Shown: in pieces, positions 38,585 through 53,300 of the stretch
Position numbering within the stretch: position 1 is the first letter of the stretch
How the letters are laid out: every line of letters starts with the position of its first letter
Assembly: GCA_030141605.1 (NCBI GenBank)
Contig: JAQGDQ010000115.1
Location: 434,001-498,000 of the forward strand
DNA: 64,000 nt
Source: Tubiluchus corallicola
Lineage: Eukaryota; Animalia; Priapulida
Direction of reading: 5' to 3'
Made by a program: the position numbers and the translations under genes
Notes under the pieces: generated by a model
The model's database searches: none
Told to the model about the DNA's origin: nothing
What the model saw: the letters and a program-made list of their open reading frames with translations, nothing else

Positions 38585-40479
38585 ACCCCCGATATTGAGA
38601 CACGTAATCAAATTTTTCTTGGAAAAAAGAGAATAAACTGCACTATTCTTTTTAAAAAAGTGAATCACGGGAATGTAAAGCTATCTAACTTTAGCTCTTT
38701 GGGTTTTTATATTTAGCATCATAAACGCATGCATGCGTGATGATAATTATGCGCTGCTTTTATTAATGGAATTGTCAAATTTACCACGTGACCACTTCTT
38801 TCAAGTTCAAGTGGTCAAACGTGTCTTCAAATGTTTACGCTTCTACTCTTGATTTATTATGCCCTGCTGTTTTCTTTCCTGCTAGTGGATTTCTTGCACC
38901 CCTTTGTTTGTGAGGCTGTGTAATTTACCTAGGTCAACAAACTGAATGGGTGCAGAAGACAATGGAAAGTTTAAATGATACACCTCTAGCTGAAGAGGCA
39001 AAGGGTCAAGGATTGAATTTGTGTACTGATTACTTTCCACTCTATTTGGATTCCCGCTGCTTGGTCGAGCTTTGTGTTTGACTGTGAATGAGCTAGTACC
39101 TATGTTACTTCCCGCATATAAAGTAATTTAAATATCAACTTTTGGAGGAATTTGGGTGATATTCTCTTGACCACTTAGAATTCGCTGACTTGATAAATTC
39201 CTTAGGATATGTTCCGGGCCGAAGTGAACTAATCCTGTTTACTAAAACAGAAGATCATTCTTTTACGTTTCCGACTTATTATGGGCAAAATCGTAAAAAA
39301 CTGATCTCATTTAGGTACTTTCTAATTTAAACAACGTGAGCTCTAGTTAGTATATGGATAAGTGAGCACTGGAGTGATGCAGCTTCTTCCGTGTGTATTC
39401 TTATGCAGCCCCGCTGTTCTAGCTCCCGATTCGAATAATGGAATAAATCTTGTAATTATTCTGTACTCATTAATTGTTTCTGGAATGGTGCTGATATCGT
39501 AATCAATCACCTTAATACTACAAAGACCTTCTTTCCTCACTTTAAACGTTCATTTTTTGCAAAGATTTCCGACTCGCCGGCTCAAGGAGCGCGTACGCAA
39601 GCGCACTCGCGTAATCTGAATAGTGCGCATGTGCGAACATTGGCGCGTTGTCTGGATTTACTTTGTTGTTTTGTGTAAAGGTGACAGGTGTACGCTATCC
39701 TAGGTATTGATTACTACTAGCACAGCTCATTTTGGTTTCCATGTATGCTTCAACACGCTTATTTGTGTGCTGAAGTCGTTTTCAAGTTGCGCGTCTTTTA
39801 CCTAGTTCAGTGAACTGAATCTCTGAACGTGTTTCTGCTTCCAGGGCTGATCCACGTAACCTCTAAATGTTAAAAGCCATTTTGGTTTAATGGCTAAAAC
39901 AGTAAAATTGTTTACGCCATGTAATAATTCTCATTACTGGTGTCAAATATACCATCCAGACATGATTGTCCTACTAAGAATAAATGGAGTGGTTACTGGT
40001 TGAATATTATTTTCTCTCAGGCTGTCACCACAGTGAATCTAAAAGTAATTGTATTTTTACCAAATGCCATAATTATGGGAATAATAAGAAGTAGGAGCTA
40101 TGGCTGCGTAATTACAATAATCATCTATGAGAGGGAATTGACATTTCATAACAAAATTCTAACATAGCCTTCAAATGTATGCGTACCGTTCAGAAATAGT
40201 CTTCAACAGGTGATAACTTGTGAAGGGCAGTTGCTCACCAGAATTGCTTCCCGATTTTTACTACATGTATTTTATGATTTGAGTAAGTCTTGCGACTTCT
40301 GTTCTACTTAGTTTGGCTTAATTAGTCAAAATACGGACTTTAGTAAGATCGCCACCTGCCGGGGAATTCGGTGAACGTTGGGTCAATGCTCTCTATTCGT
40401 GACTGGAAGATTAAAAAACTAATGCAAAATAGAAAACAACCATCAAAGATTCCATTCAAATACTTCAGTAGATTCTAAT

Positions 40480-40745
40480 TTTTTAAATCGTTACTCATCT
40501 GGATGTTGCTCTTGTTGTTCTTATTGAGGATGACCTTTTGAAAAATGCGATGATTCACAACGGATCATCAAGAAATCTTACACGAATATGCTTGAACAAG
40601 TTTTGCATTGATTGACGAAGACAGATCTTCAATCCTCCAATTTTAATTCAAGATGGTAGCGATAACATGATTTTCGAAAAAAATTCAGGCTCCGCCAGTT
40701 TGCAACGGATCATCATGAAACTTTATAGAAATGCACTACAGTCCT
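40480..40745. mobile_element. Helentron/HINE-like repeat remnant with internal duplication
   Basis: CAACGGATCATCA(A/T)GAAA occurs twice (~40558 and ~40703), alongside a TTCAAGATGG motif and a degenerate TTG microsatellite near the left end. Confidence 0.4.
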
Positions 40746-43470
40746 TATTTTGATTAATTAAAGCCAAACTCTAAGCAGATGAGAATTTTACATCGGCTAA
40801 CAGAGCTAGTCCCTTGACCAATAGTTTGACTTGAATTTGTTAGAGTAAATGGGAGCGAAGACCGACGAAGGGAATAATAATGTGCTACCTAACTTGTACA
40901 AGCAGCAACACAATTTGCACTCTCTTTCACAACTCCTCCATCGGTCCGCCCTAATGACGTAACGGCGCTTAATGAATACCAGGGCTGTTTATCCTTTCCT
41001 GTTGACACTATGGCATTTTATGTCGATATCTGTCTACAAAACATTGATTTCATCTCACTCGCCTGTCATAAAACTAAATAATATGAGAAGATTTTTATCG
41101 AATTTCTACGAGGGTAATGTCTTTGTGCATATAACAGGGCCGCACTGCGCATACAATATTATTTTAATCGATGTGTAGCAAACTGCAGATGACTGAAATG
41201 GATCAAGTTGACCAATGGAACAAAGCGAAGTAAAATTTTTAACTGAAAAGTTTTTGACACACTGTCAATGTTGCTAAAACTCGAAACCCGAAACTCGTAC
41301 CCTGAATAGTACTGGTGACCAGATTTTGAGGGTCTGACTAACGAACTATTAAATTGATTGGGATCTGCAGAGGGAGCCAAGCATTGGAGCACAAGAATAA
41401 GGTACTCAACAGGACTCGCAACCAAAACTGAATTAAAATACGGTAGTTTCAACTTGGCAGGAATCATTGTAGAACAATTTAAATCTGGATTCGGAACCAA
41501 ATTAGATTGGTTCCTTCCATTTCGCATATGTCCACTGATTTTACTTTTTATAATTTTACATGCCTTCGCACTAACATTGATGAAAATAACAAGAAGATGT
41601 ATTTCCGAATTTGATATCAGCATTCATTATTCTTGAGAATTCTCTGAAAATAATGAATCATTGCTTGTTATTTTTATACTCGTGTAATGCCATTTGCTTT
41701 AATGAGGACACGAAAAGCAATGCATTAAAACGCAAACCAAACGACTAGCATTTCACATTCGTTTTAAGCAAGTTGCAAATTATACAGTGAAAACCTCAGA
41801 TCTGACGGCACAGAACTAAATGTTCTCATTTGATTATTGCAGGTGATAAACTCGTAACTTAGCTTTACAAAAAAAAACAATGATTAATATTTTCATGGTG
41901 AGTGGGGGGAGGGGCAACAACGGAAACAATTTCGCGAAGAGTGTTAACTTTTTTTTACAAACGAGTAACATATTTACAACTCGCTGCAAACATCATAAAG
42001 AAGCAACATTCTGTAACACGCCACAAACAGTTTTACAACGACTTGTAGAACAATCAAATTGTAAAAAGCCTAGAAATTAATTTATGTAGGAAGAAGTCTA
42101 CTGAGAACGTGAATCTGAGAATTTTAGTGAAAATTTATTCCTTTGAACTAGTTTAAGTTTTCGCGCAATCCGCTTTGTTTCTATGATGCAATTTTTGCAT
42201 TTTCTTTCTGAATTTTGCCGCTGCCTGATTGTGAGCGTCTTCCGTTACTCACCAAAAGCCGTCTTAATCCAAGATGATCGTTCTAAGCCTGTGTTTTTTT
42301 TTTGTTGAGTCTCCCGATATTTAAAACTTTTCCGTGACTGATTACATCAAAGAAAAATCGTATGACATCACATCTGTTAGCTACAGTAACCAGTTACCCC
42401 TGGTCGTTATAGAGAACTCAGAGAAAAGATGATAATCATAATGTGGTGACAAGTGACATGGTGACAAGTGAGAGTGAATTTTATGTTATGCTTGTGATGT
42501 TCAGTTTCCTAAATTTTTGTTTATTAATCAGTTGTTATCACGTCGTTAAATGCCCCTCTTACGGGGCCTTTTCCCAAAATTACCTATTCATGACCCAATT
42601 ACAAGTCACCTCGAATAATTTTTAGCTGATCAATTAGAGTGCTGCAAGTCCCAGTGCTTGTTTTAAAAGTTCAAAATGCTGAATCCTTAATAATAGTTAA
42701 TAATGGACTGTAATACTATTGATACCCATTTGTTTGTTTGTTTGCGTGTTTGTATGTATGTATCTATGTTTTTTGTTTCTTTTTTTTTGTTTGTTGGTTT
42801 GTTTGTTTGTTTGTTGGTTGGTTTATCTATTCGTCAGTTCATTTTAAAAAAACTGCAAAAATGTCATTGTAGCTTTGATTGTTACAAGACATGCGCATCG
42901 ATTGTATCGTGCGGATTAACCTATTGCGCATGCGCCGTACTAAGTAAAAACTGACGTCATATTGAATTTTCCATTATTTTTATGTAGATTAAATGATTTT
43001 TTGCCTCTCAGTTCTCATTTTCCACATAATGGAAAGAATCCTAGCTAGTCGCCCCTTTATATGTTTTCTTCCACAAGATTTCCGGGTTTTCCTGAAAATC
43101 CCCTGAATCCATTTGTATGGCTTCATGTGCCGTTGATGATTGTAAACTAATCCCGGATTACCGTGGAAATTATTGCTACGTTATACCCGCCAGCTTTTTC
43201 TATACTATTCTTTGTTCGCCTTGTGACAAAAGGTATTTTATACACGCCTGGTGACGAAGCGTCGTCTGAAGCGCACGCTGAACACAAAAGACATGGCGTC
43301 TCTCCTTTAAAAACGAATTTTAATGGCAGTTCTAATTCACGCTTCCATTTTTAAGAGTTGATTAAGAGTTTGATTGTTGCGCATTGATTCATCCAACGCG
43401 CATTTTACACGTATAACGCGTTCATACATTTACACTGTTTTTTTGTATAGGACTATCTTTAAGGTAAGGG

Positions 43471-43596
43471 GGACAGCTAAATAGTTCAGTTCACTGTGTA
43501 CTCAGCGACGAAGTTAAGCAACACCGAGACTAATAGTAAATAGATGGGTGACTCCAATCTGGTGTATATTTGCATCCGAATGTGGCTAAGATATCC
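43471..43596 (+). mobile_element. tRNA/5S-chimeric SINE copy (internally deleted)
   Basis: CAGCGACGAAGTTAAGCAACACCGAG...TAGTAAATAGATGGGTGAC followed by TGCATCCGAATGTGGCTAAG. Confidence 0.72.
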
Positions 43597-46500
43597 TTAC
43601 TCGTTCGGCGTCTCAACTTAGAGGGTTAACCTCTATTATAAGTCATGTTCATGCAGAATCACAGGTACTGTCACACAAAATCATCTCAGTGGTAAAAAAA
43701 TCATCATCAAAATACCTGATATTTTTTTTGTCTGACTGCGAGTTATTCTGTCAATTGTCCAAAAGCCATTTTTAAAGTTTTTTCAATTTCAATAATTTTG
43801 TTTTTGTTTTGTTGTTGTTGTTTGTTTTTAGTATTATATTGTATCCTGCTGGCGATTGTGCAACTGTTTATTTATTAATTTTGACTGTTGTTTATTATTT
43901 ATTACAGTGTCTGTGTAAATAGACTCACTTTGTTTTTTCTTCCAGTCAATCCTCAATATCTTGTTATCGTTTCAAGGTTACTATGGATTTTCAAGTTTTT
44001 CCCACCTGCTTTTTCGTGACTTTCTGCCTGCTGCTTGGTCATAATGTTGGACGGTCGAGTGTAAAAGCTAAAAGGTGGCGCCCTTTAGACTCTCCATCGT
44101 AATATTTGTGTCAAAAGAATTTTCTATATGACTAGTTATTACCTGATTTGTCACACATTTTGTTTTTCTATTCTTACCACGTTCTTACTCAGAGTGACTG
44201 ATAGTTTCATTGTTCCTTTTGATCAATTTAACAGGTTGATCTGTGGCAAATGTATTCTAAAAATGTAGTGCGCGCTGAGTTAATCTTTCATTGCTCTCTA
44301 TGATGTGCCAGATTTAGCAGCCGTTACGTTCTCAGCCACACTAGTTTACGTCGGTTAATTCCTTAATGCGATTATAATCCTACATATTTGTCCATGTTCA
44401 GATTTAATCATTTAAGACCCGGGGCGCTTGCGTAACATACATACGGCTCGCAGGCGAGGGCTGAAATCATTCCATAACTCACGGGATTGAGAGCGCTCGA
44501 TTTTTGTACATTCACATATGAGCAGGAAGTCAAATTTGCACTGATTCTTTTGAAAACATCTACCACGTATTAAAAGCAAACAGTTATCATATCTAAACAA
44601 GCGTCCGTGGTCAAATTGTTTGCTTTGCGGCTACCGTAAGCCTAAAATGTCTCTATTTCGGCTGCATTGTGTTCGTTGGCTGATTACATTGCGAATGATT
44701 TGAACTTGAATGTCAAGCGAAACTAATAGCCAAGTTGTTGATAAAATTAGGTTGATTGTGTACGACTAAGTGGCCTTTAACCTGAATTGACATAATCTGT
44801 TGCAGTAGCAGGCCCTCTGCTGATAATGGGTTGGCCTAGCTAGAGTTTGTCTGTTTAGAATATTTAAGTGGTTGAGTATTACTTGACACTGACTGATTAA
44901 TTGACTGACCGACTGGAACCGCCTCACTGACCGATAAGTTAGCCCTATGGTGGTTTTTTAAAAGTAAGTGACGCTATTGTGCTCTTATATTACTTGTGTA
45001 TGATGTTTGTAGACATGTTTTTAGATAATGTTATTTATCTTGGTGTAAAAACGAACATACTTCATGACTAACCCATTAACTAAACTACTTTCTATCTAAG
45101 CTGGATGTACGCAGACTGACTTGTCCAGTTAGTCTTTGCCATATCCACGATAGCCAATTCGCCTAACAACCGACTGCTTCCGACAGCTTAACTGAGTGAC
45201 TGACTGGCTGACTCATTGCCTGACAAACTAACTTTTCGGTTGACTGCGTGGCTGGTACACACACTGCTGCTAGCGTTTTTGCCCGTTAGTAGTAAAGTTC
45301 AAAATAAACTTAAAATATTGAATGTTAAATTCATATTAATGAGCCAGTTTGATCTGATCAGCAATCAAACCTCAAAAATACATGTACACATGATGTGCAC
45401 GTTCTAATATTGGACAAATTTTGTTATTTTTCAGGCGTATCAGAAACTGTGATAGATTTGGTGTTGGGACTGATGATCTGCACACTAGAGCCCTATGATG
45501 TGACTGCTGCTGGAACAACAAAAGAACTGATGGCATATATTACCCGGGATACTGGATACTGGACATTGGACAGCTGTGACCAGCATCGCAATCACATAGC
45601 ATCAATTATTGTAAAATGTGGCAGGAGGTGAAATTTGTTAATAAAAAATTCGACTATGAGTAAAATTATGTTGTTTAACAGTTTAGATGCATGTTAGTAC
45701 TGACTTGTTTGTAAACATGAACAAACCTGGTTTAAAACTAGACTGATACTCATTACAGATAGTAATGCAACTGCGTGTAACTAACATATATAACTGTGTT
45801 TCTCCTTAGTATCTTAAGAAATCATAAAAAAGGAATGAAACCATCAGTTGTGAGTTTATTCCATCTAATCATAACCTTGTATGCAGAATTATAAATAATT
45901 AATGAAATACCTAATAATTTGTAAGAACCAGAAATATAGCAGTAGAAATGTAATACAAGCGCAACAGGATTGTTGCAAGTTACAGGTCAAAGGTCAACAT
46001 GTCCGTGAGTGTTGCAAGACCTAATGTTCAAAGTTCAAAAGTTTAGCACTAACATGTATTAACATACACAAACGTCCAATAATTAGTATATAACGTATAT
46101 ACAATTTGGAGATCCTGAAATGTGTAATTACATGAATTACATGACTGGCTAAATTAGGTGAGCTAGCACAAAATAATTTTTTTCATTTCTTCTCGAATTT
46201 TGTTTATTGTTTTCTCACTGCTTTGATTTTGAAGTGTTTTTTGGCGCGAGCGCAACATTTTAATCAGCGCGTCTACAGTTGTAATTTATTTAGCACTGGG
46301 CAAACGTTTCCCTGTTGAGTTTATTTTGTATTTCGATACTCTTCCGTGAGACTGAAGCAACACTTTTTACCCTCCTCGGCAAAAAAGAGGAATTCCACTA
46401 AACTTAAATATAGATTGTGTGTGTTTGTTTTTCGTATACTATTACGAGTACACCGGCTGTACAAATAGCCTTCTGTCTTAAGAGGTAGTGAGTTGCGTGC

Positions 46501-46854
46501 CTTTGGAATCTATTGCTGAAACCTCCTTTAAACACTTTCCAAGGAATCTTAATTACTCGCTTATGGGCCTGTTTTTTAGCAAATTTAGTTTATTCTACGT
46601 TTGCGTGAAAGACTTCAAATACCATGGAAAGGTCAATATATACAGCTTGACTCATAACCTGCCAGGACGCCATGTGTGACATAACATTGGGATGATATTG
46701 CTAATAGGCTGAGGGACAAACGAACCTTTTATCTACAAAATGTAGCAATGTGCAGTTATGCAAAATATACTGATACGATTTCACGACTGTCGCTAATCAA
46801 GTTGGGACAGTGTATATCAGCGCGACAAAAAGAGAAGATTGAGAGATGGGGAGA

Positions 46855-47038
<184 letters not shown>

Positions 47039-47299
47039 GGAAATAAAATTGTGGAACCCATGTGTTTCTATCTACAAACGCAGATGTTGTCACTTTGCAC
47101 TCTGAAAAATCCCTATAACGGAATGTTCTCTACTCATACATGGTGAAGAATGACAGTGCTTTCAGCACAAATGCACTCGGATTACAAAACCTCACTTGTC
47201 GTATTAAAAACATAATGGCAATACCATAGTTATATCAACTCGTTTTCACTTCTGATTTGTTGTAAGAACAAGTATCTTTCTGGGCAATGCACCAGTTGT

Positions 47300-47648
47300 T
47301 CTCCTCCCCCCCCCCCTTCAAACACTCCTGGCGAAAATGGAAATTCGGTCACATTGATTATGCCTTTGGATGCGTGAGTTTTGTCAATATCCAAAGCCGC
47401 ATTCAATTTCACGAGAAAATGGCGGAGCATTTTGAAATTTTTGGGGGTTACCCCCAAAAGCCCCCCTAAAGAGCAAAAGTCGAGAAAAACTCGGTTACTT
47501 TGTCGGTAGTTTCACAAACTGCACGTCTACCAGATCTGATCGTGATATGATTGCCCAATGCAAAGCCATAGGACATTTTACGAAGTATACAACAACAAGA
47601 ACAACAACGCTAGTAAGCATTTGGACCGGTTAACAGCCGGTGCAAAAA
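47300..47648. mobile_element. Helentron/HINE-like non-autonomous element
   Basis: An (AAC)n tract, then the subterminal hairpin TTGGACCGGT-TAACA-GCCGGTGCAA, then an A run. There is an internal palindrome TTTGGGGGTTACCCCCAAA. Confidence 0.5.
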
Positions 47649-49794
47649 CGAGTCATTAGGCTCTACTATTTTTTACCTTATTGTTTTAGTTCTATACTGC
47701 AACAAGCTCATTAAAGTGCTGCCTACTGTGCAACCTGTAGCAGCTTGTGCTGAATAATGTGACCTAGTTTAGTAGCATAAAATCAGCAAACTTAGGCATG
47801 CAGCATCTATAGTAACAGTAATACCGTGCTTTACTGTGGAAAGTTAAAGTAAAATATTGAACAGTAATGACGATTTAAAGTCTGAAGTGGAGTAATTAAA
47901 TTACTTATTAAACATTAGGCACTTTTTAGAAAAAGAAAACCCTTTTCTTTCTGTTTTACATTCATTAGTTTCAATTGGAAAAACGGCCAAAACTTTAGCA
48001 AATATTGAAAATTATTGAAACTTCAACACGGAGTAATGGAAATGTCAAAAATCACCTCAAAACAGAAAATCTGCGTTTTACGCCCACTAATTTAAGTTAT
48101 AAAAAGAACGGCTGATCCCAAAAAGTTATATTTCACAGTAGGCGGCGATACAGTAAGGTGGCGTGTATTCATAGCGACAAGGCTTACGTGCTTAGTTATT
48201 AAGTGAATCAATTTTTATTCGAATAACATGCGTTGTTTTTAATCACTTCACTAAACACACGCAGTCTCAGTGATAATCAAATTCAGTTTTAAAAGAAGGC
48301 AGCGGTGCAATGATTACAGAGTTAGCAAATGATTATACCATTGTTACAAATGAGTCTAATATATAGAAAGCTACCTCATGAGTTAAACCAGCTGTTAACT
48401 GCTTTCGAGTATTCGAGTATTTTTATACTCAAGTTCAGTTCTTTACCATGTTTTAATGTAATAATTTCTGTTGCTACAGTTACCGGTGCATCTGCGCATG
48501 TGCCAATGAATATAAATGAACCGATTGTCCTTTGATATGCCATCTTCAAAGCTGATTTATAATGCGCCGTATCGGAAACTGTCGCAAAACATAACCACCG
48601 CATTTCGCGCCGCGCGGCGCCATTACTATTATTGACAGTGACGCTGAATTTTGCGTCTTTATCGAATGTTGAGCATCGATTCAACTGTTTACCCAATGCA
48701 CAATAATTAGAACATTACACTCTAGAGAAGAGTTACATGCACTATGATGGAAAATCGATGGAATATTCAAAGACGTTGGGAGAATTAATTATTTGGCGCG
48801 TGCTGCCGAGTGGCGTGCATGAGAAGCTTGAAATGCTTAATCAAGCCTCGTATTGGACATTTGTCGTCGAGGCAAGCGTGTTTAACGATAATATTTGCAC
48901 AAAATGAGCAATGAAAATTGCAAAAATGTCACAGAATTGCATGAATTATGCAAAAATTGCATGAAGAAGCCGGTAGCTACAATTGACACGAGGAGGCGCT
49001 GCTACAAACAAGTGAGTTTTTTCGCTCTAGTAGAAAATTTATGAACTAATCATGGTTCCCTACGCTTGACGTTGACCTACTCCTGGCCATGCCTACTAAA
49101 ACCCCAGAAGTAATATCAGTATTGCAGCTAGTAGGCGCCCACCAGTAAGCCAAGTTTTTCCCATGCGCATATAAAATCGTGGCTTTACGTCACAAATTAG
49201 TATTTCTCAGAATCTTTAGCTAAACAGCAGTTTTATGTACACGTCATCCAGGCATGTTATTTGCTATTAATAGGCTACTATATGTGTGGAGGCATTTTTG
49301 CTTCTTCAGTTGTAATAAGCAGAATCATGTCCCTTAATTAATGCGTCTTGTTTATTCGTCTTCCTACTCGAAATCGATACACCTGATCTCATTAAGCAGG
49401 TAACTAAGCACTAATGAATCACACGCACTTTGTGTTAGTCATTTCTGATTCAATCCGTTCATCATAGTCTGCGATGGATTGTGCGCATGCGCGAACAGCT
49501 CTGATACTTAGAACGTTGAACCAGAGAGGAAAAATTGTCAGAGCTTTGTTATGGAGTAACATGCTAATGAACAATGGCACTGAATCCATTATAAGTCATG
49601 AAACTGGGATATACTTGCTGCTTTTTAAACACACGTGATGCTGAATTCCAGTACATTTCGTTTTACCTGTAAAATGCACAGGCCTGTGCTCTCAATCTAA
49701 CAAGAAACACACTCGATCAATCAAACAGATAGTCGTCTTAGGCTTCTTAAGAATAATATGAGCTAGAGATTGCAGAACTGCAAAAAAGCAAGCA

Positions 49795-49880
49795 GAATAG
49801 CTGACTGGTCACTATGTGTGCTTAGTGACTGTAATTAAGCAATGTTGGGTGTGTTTAGTAAATGGATGGTCGACCATTAG
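49795..49880 (+). mobile_element. tRNA/5S-chimeric SINE head copy
   Basis: GAATAGCTGACTGGTCACTATGTGTGCTTAGTGACTGTAATTAAGCAATG...TTAGTAAATGGATGGTCGACC. Confidence 0.72.
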
Positions 49881-50159
49881 GTAAATCGTCCTTTGGAAAT
49901 TTTTTCTGCCGTATTGCCTCGAGTTAATCTTATTTAGGAGAACGTGTATTAATTGAATGCGGCTAATTAACTAGCTTTCTGTCATAACACTGCTGTCAAT
50001 ACAACTGGTGCTGCTGTTGAGCGCTGATATCAGCTTACAGTATGCTTAAATGTATTTTAAAAAAAATTCAAGATTAAAGAATTCAAATTTAAAGAACCGA
50101 AAAGTGGAACCAGTTATATATGTGAAATGGATATACAGACTTGATTACCCTGAACACTG

Positions 50160-50330
50160 GGATGACAATGAATGCGATGAAAATGATGATGATTATGATG
50201 ATGATGATGGTGATGCGACAATGATATAATGATGATGATGACGACGATGGCAAAGCTTAATATTATTACAGTGTTAATAATACGATTGTGATGGCGTTGA
50301 CGACAATGATGAGTCGTTGATGATGATAAC
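50160..50330. repeat. Degenerate (GAT)n low-complexity tract
   Basis: GAT/GAC triplets explain the His/Ile-rich minus-strand ORF. Confidence 0.8.
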
Positions 50331-53300
50331 TTCATAAAGCTTTTGCTTTTTAGAGACTTGTGAGGTCTTTCTTTGAAAGCGCTGAATGCTGCAGGGCTGC
50401 AGGCTGCTTCCACCTTTATTGGTCATTGAATCAAATAAAAAAGCGTTCAGAATTAGGTTAGTCTATCAAGGAAGGTATTTGAAATGATTGTAACTCCAGT
50501 TCTTTGTTCACCGACCTGCAGCTGCTAGTGAATGAAGCTAAAAAATCGTTCGTTGCACACACAAAGCTCTGCAATTCTGTTAGTATTATTGTCCCATGGC
50601 GCTCATGTCTACAACATTCATCGACTTCCGGTTCCTGTCTGAAAAGCATTTAACTTCCGGTTTGAAGGCAGCTGCACAGAATTTTGAAAATAACGTCTGA
50701 TTAGTATTTGATTAATTCTGAGAATTAAGACCACGTAGGAGTGTTTCTTTCTTTGTAATGCGGCTTTGAATGAAGAAATCTTCCTCTCTAGTGAATTTTG
50801 ATATAATTAAGTTTAGTTAGGTATTTTATTTTAACTAAAATATTCATTGTAAGTTTTCATTGCATTTCATTAGCTATATGACTTTAAGTGCGTACTAAAT
50901 TGTGACTGACTGGCTGACCGACCGACTGACTAACTGATTGCACAAGAACGTCGGCTGACATATAATGAAGTTGTGTTATAATGGAATTAGCCAATGACTA
51001 AAACGAAGGAACAGGTAAGCAAATGAGTGAACGAGACCGAGCACGCGAAAAACATACAAGTGATGGAATGAACACGTGCAAAGGTGAATGGGAGGAGGGA
51101 CTGATTGGCAAACGAACAAATGAAGGTGTAATAGATGAATGAAATGAATGAATGAAGAAATTAACACCCACGTAAGCAAATGAACAAACAAACAAACGGA
51201 TCAGTTAATGAACAAATCAATTAAGTCTGGATAAAAGGTTTCTGTTTTTAAATTCCTAAAGAAGCTGACTGGACAAACAAAAAATTAAAGAATAATCTCA
51301 GCACCAAAACCGCTTTGTTCTCTAATTTCTTAACAATAACCTCTAATAGTACTCGTTATAGGCTCTAATAGTGATTGTTAACGCACGATTCATTACTGTA
51401 AACCTACTCTTCTTTAAGATAATTATTAACTCTTTGTTCTGTCGTGTGACAACGCTTTAAAAATTTTTCTGCTCGTCTTGAAGTCTGGCGTATTTCTTTG
51501 TTTTGGTTTATTCAAATTCACCACACGCGCCGCGCGGTTTTTGGAAAAGACGTAATTATAACGTTGAATGTGAGACGCGCAACAATGATTTCGGCGGCAG
51601 TTTGAACTAGCTAGTGGCACGTGGCTGACGCCGTTGTTGTACGCTTAATAAATCAAGAAACAGATCCCACGTGGGTAAATCTAAGCACGGGTGCCGAGGG
51701 GCGCGCTTCTGTCGGTTTTTGCAGTTTGCATTGGTGCCCTTCTTTCGATTCTTCAAACATTTCGTGCAGTTTTGTCAGAGGCCTAGTTATAGTTGTAAAA
51801 CTGACGCAAAGAAGAGTCTTTGTATTTTTATGCCTTTTAAACTTTAAAAATAAGCATAATTTCAAATGAAACAAATGATACAAACGAAATCGCGCATGTT
51901 ATAAGTTGGAAATCTGCGGAATGATGGTTATCATACATCAATCTTGAACGGCTGAAGCGCTACCATTGGTGGTGACAGATGGAGAGAAAATTTGGGTCTT
52001 TGGTTAACTGACTAGAACGTGGACGCAGCTACATCACAGTTTCGCTTGTAGTTGTACCTCCGATGCTACTGGAGGTCGAATTACAAATTAGCGTGTCCCG
52101 GATCTAACGGTTCTAACACTCAAGAAAGTAAGTTCTTAGAGCACAAGCATGAGTTATGGAATATTGGGGTTTCAACCTATCAACGTTAGGGATTGAAAGC
52201 TCGACGAGAACTCAGCCAAGAAGATTTTAGTTCCCATAACCCAACACTAATCTGGTACTTCAGCTAAAAAGCTTTGTCATTATTTACAACTAACTACGCA
52301 TTTTTTCTTTCACATTGCTTTGCAGTTTTTGATGCAATGAGGTTTGGAAAATCAAAGCCTCCTGCAATCTACCTGCCGCGTCACACAGCCTGGTCTTATA
52401 AAAGCAGCGAACCTTTCAAAGCAGCTGCTCACAACATAACTTTATAATAGTAAATGACGTCTGAACACCTGTCTAACGCTTTGTGCCGTGAAAGTTCATA
52501 ACTGCTGGCAATTTTTGCAATGAAATTCGGAGCACAAAGGTTTGGCGGGAATCTCGGTTTTCCAGCACCATAGGCTTTGTCCGCGTATAACGTTTTTCTT
52601 TTTGTAGTTTTGCTCTGAAGCGGTCGAGGAAAATTGTGTCAAACATCTAGCAAGATAAAAACCAATCCAAGGCTGTCTGCGGCTTTTCGTATTCCTGATT
52701 TTGCCCGGAGAAGCAACTGGAAAACATTTCGAATCCTTCATTTTATGATTCACACATGAACTTATATTTTCTCAGCCTAGGAGATAAATTTACTCAACTA
52801 TTTAGATACAGTAATGTATTTTTAATTTTGATTTTTGGCTGTGTGTTCATTGTATGTACGCATGCATGTAAATGAAAGTGCGTATGTTTTAAAAGTTGTT
52901 ATGACATTTTTAAATTGGCAATTAGTACCAAATTTAGACCAGAAAGATATCTTGGAAGATCCAAAATTTGGGTTTCAACTTAACTTTTACTAAAAAGTCT
53001 CAACTGTCGTTTGACCTTACAATTTGCAATGTACACAATTGTAAACTTGGGGCTCTTAGGTGTAGGGTATATAATACACAATATCTGAGTTTTATACATA
53101 CCAAAACCATGACAAACAAAGGCTATGGTACCATACTATACTCAAAACGCGCCGAGAACTTCGACATGCAAAATAAACTTAACATATTAAAAGACAAACT
53201 GCTTTATTTTCTTAACGATTTCAAAGCACGAAATGGTACATCTTCCTGGTTGGAAAAACTGAATCAGAGTTCATCTGTTTGAGAATTACTATAACATTGT

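Noticed and set aside
41159-41636. 154-aa minus and 92-aa plus ORFs as a gene
   Set aside because: No recognisable motif, splice pattern or partner exons. Possibly decayed TE sequence; cannot be supported without a search.
43471-43555. Functional 5S rRNA genes at the SINE heads
   Set aside because: Only the 3' half of 5S is present, the copies are mutually divergent, and there is no terminal helix or T-run terminator.
48376-48696. RT-like ILEYSKAVNS (cf. LDFSKAFD)
   Set aside because: A single weak motif, insufficient to call a LINE fragment.
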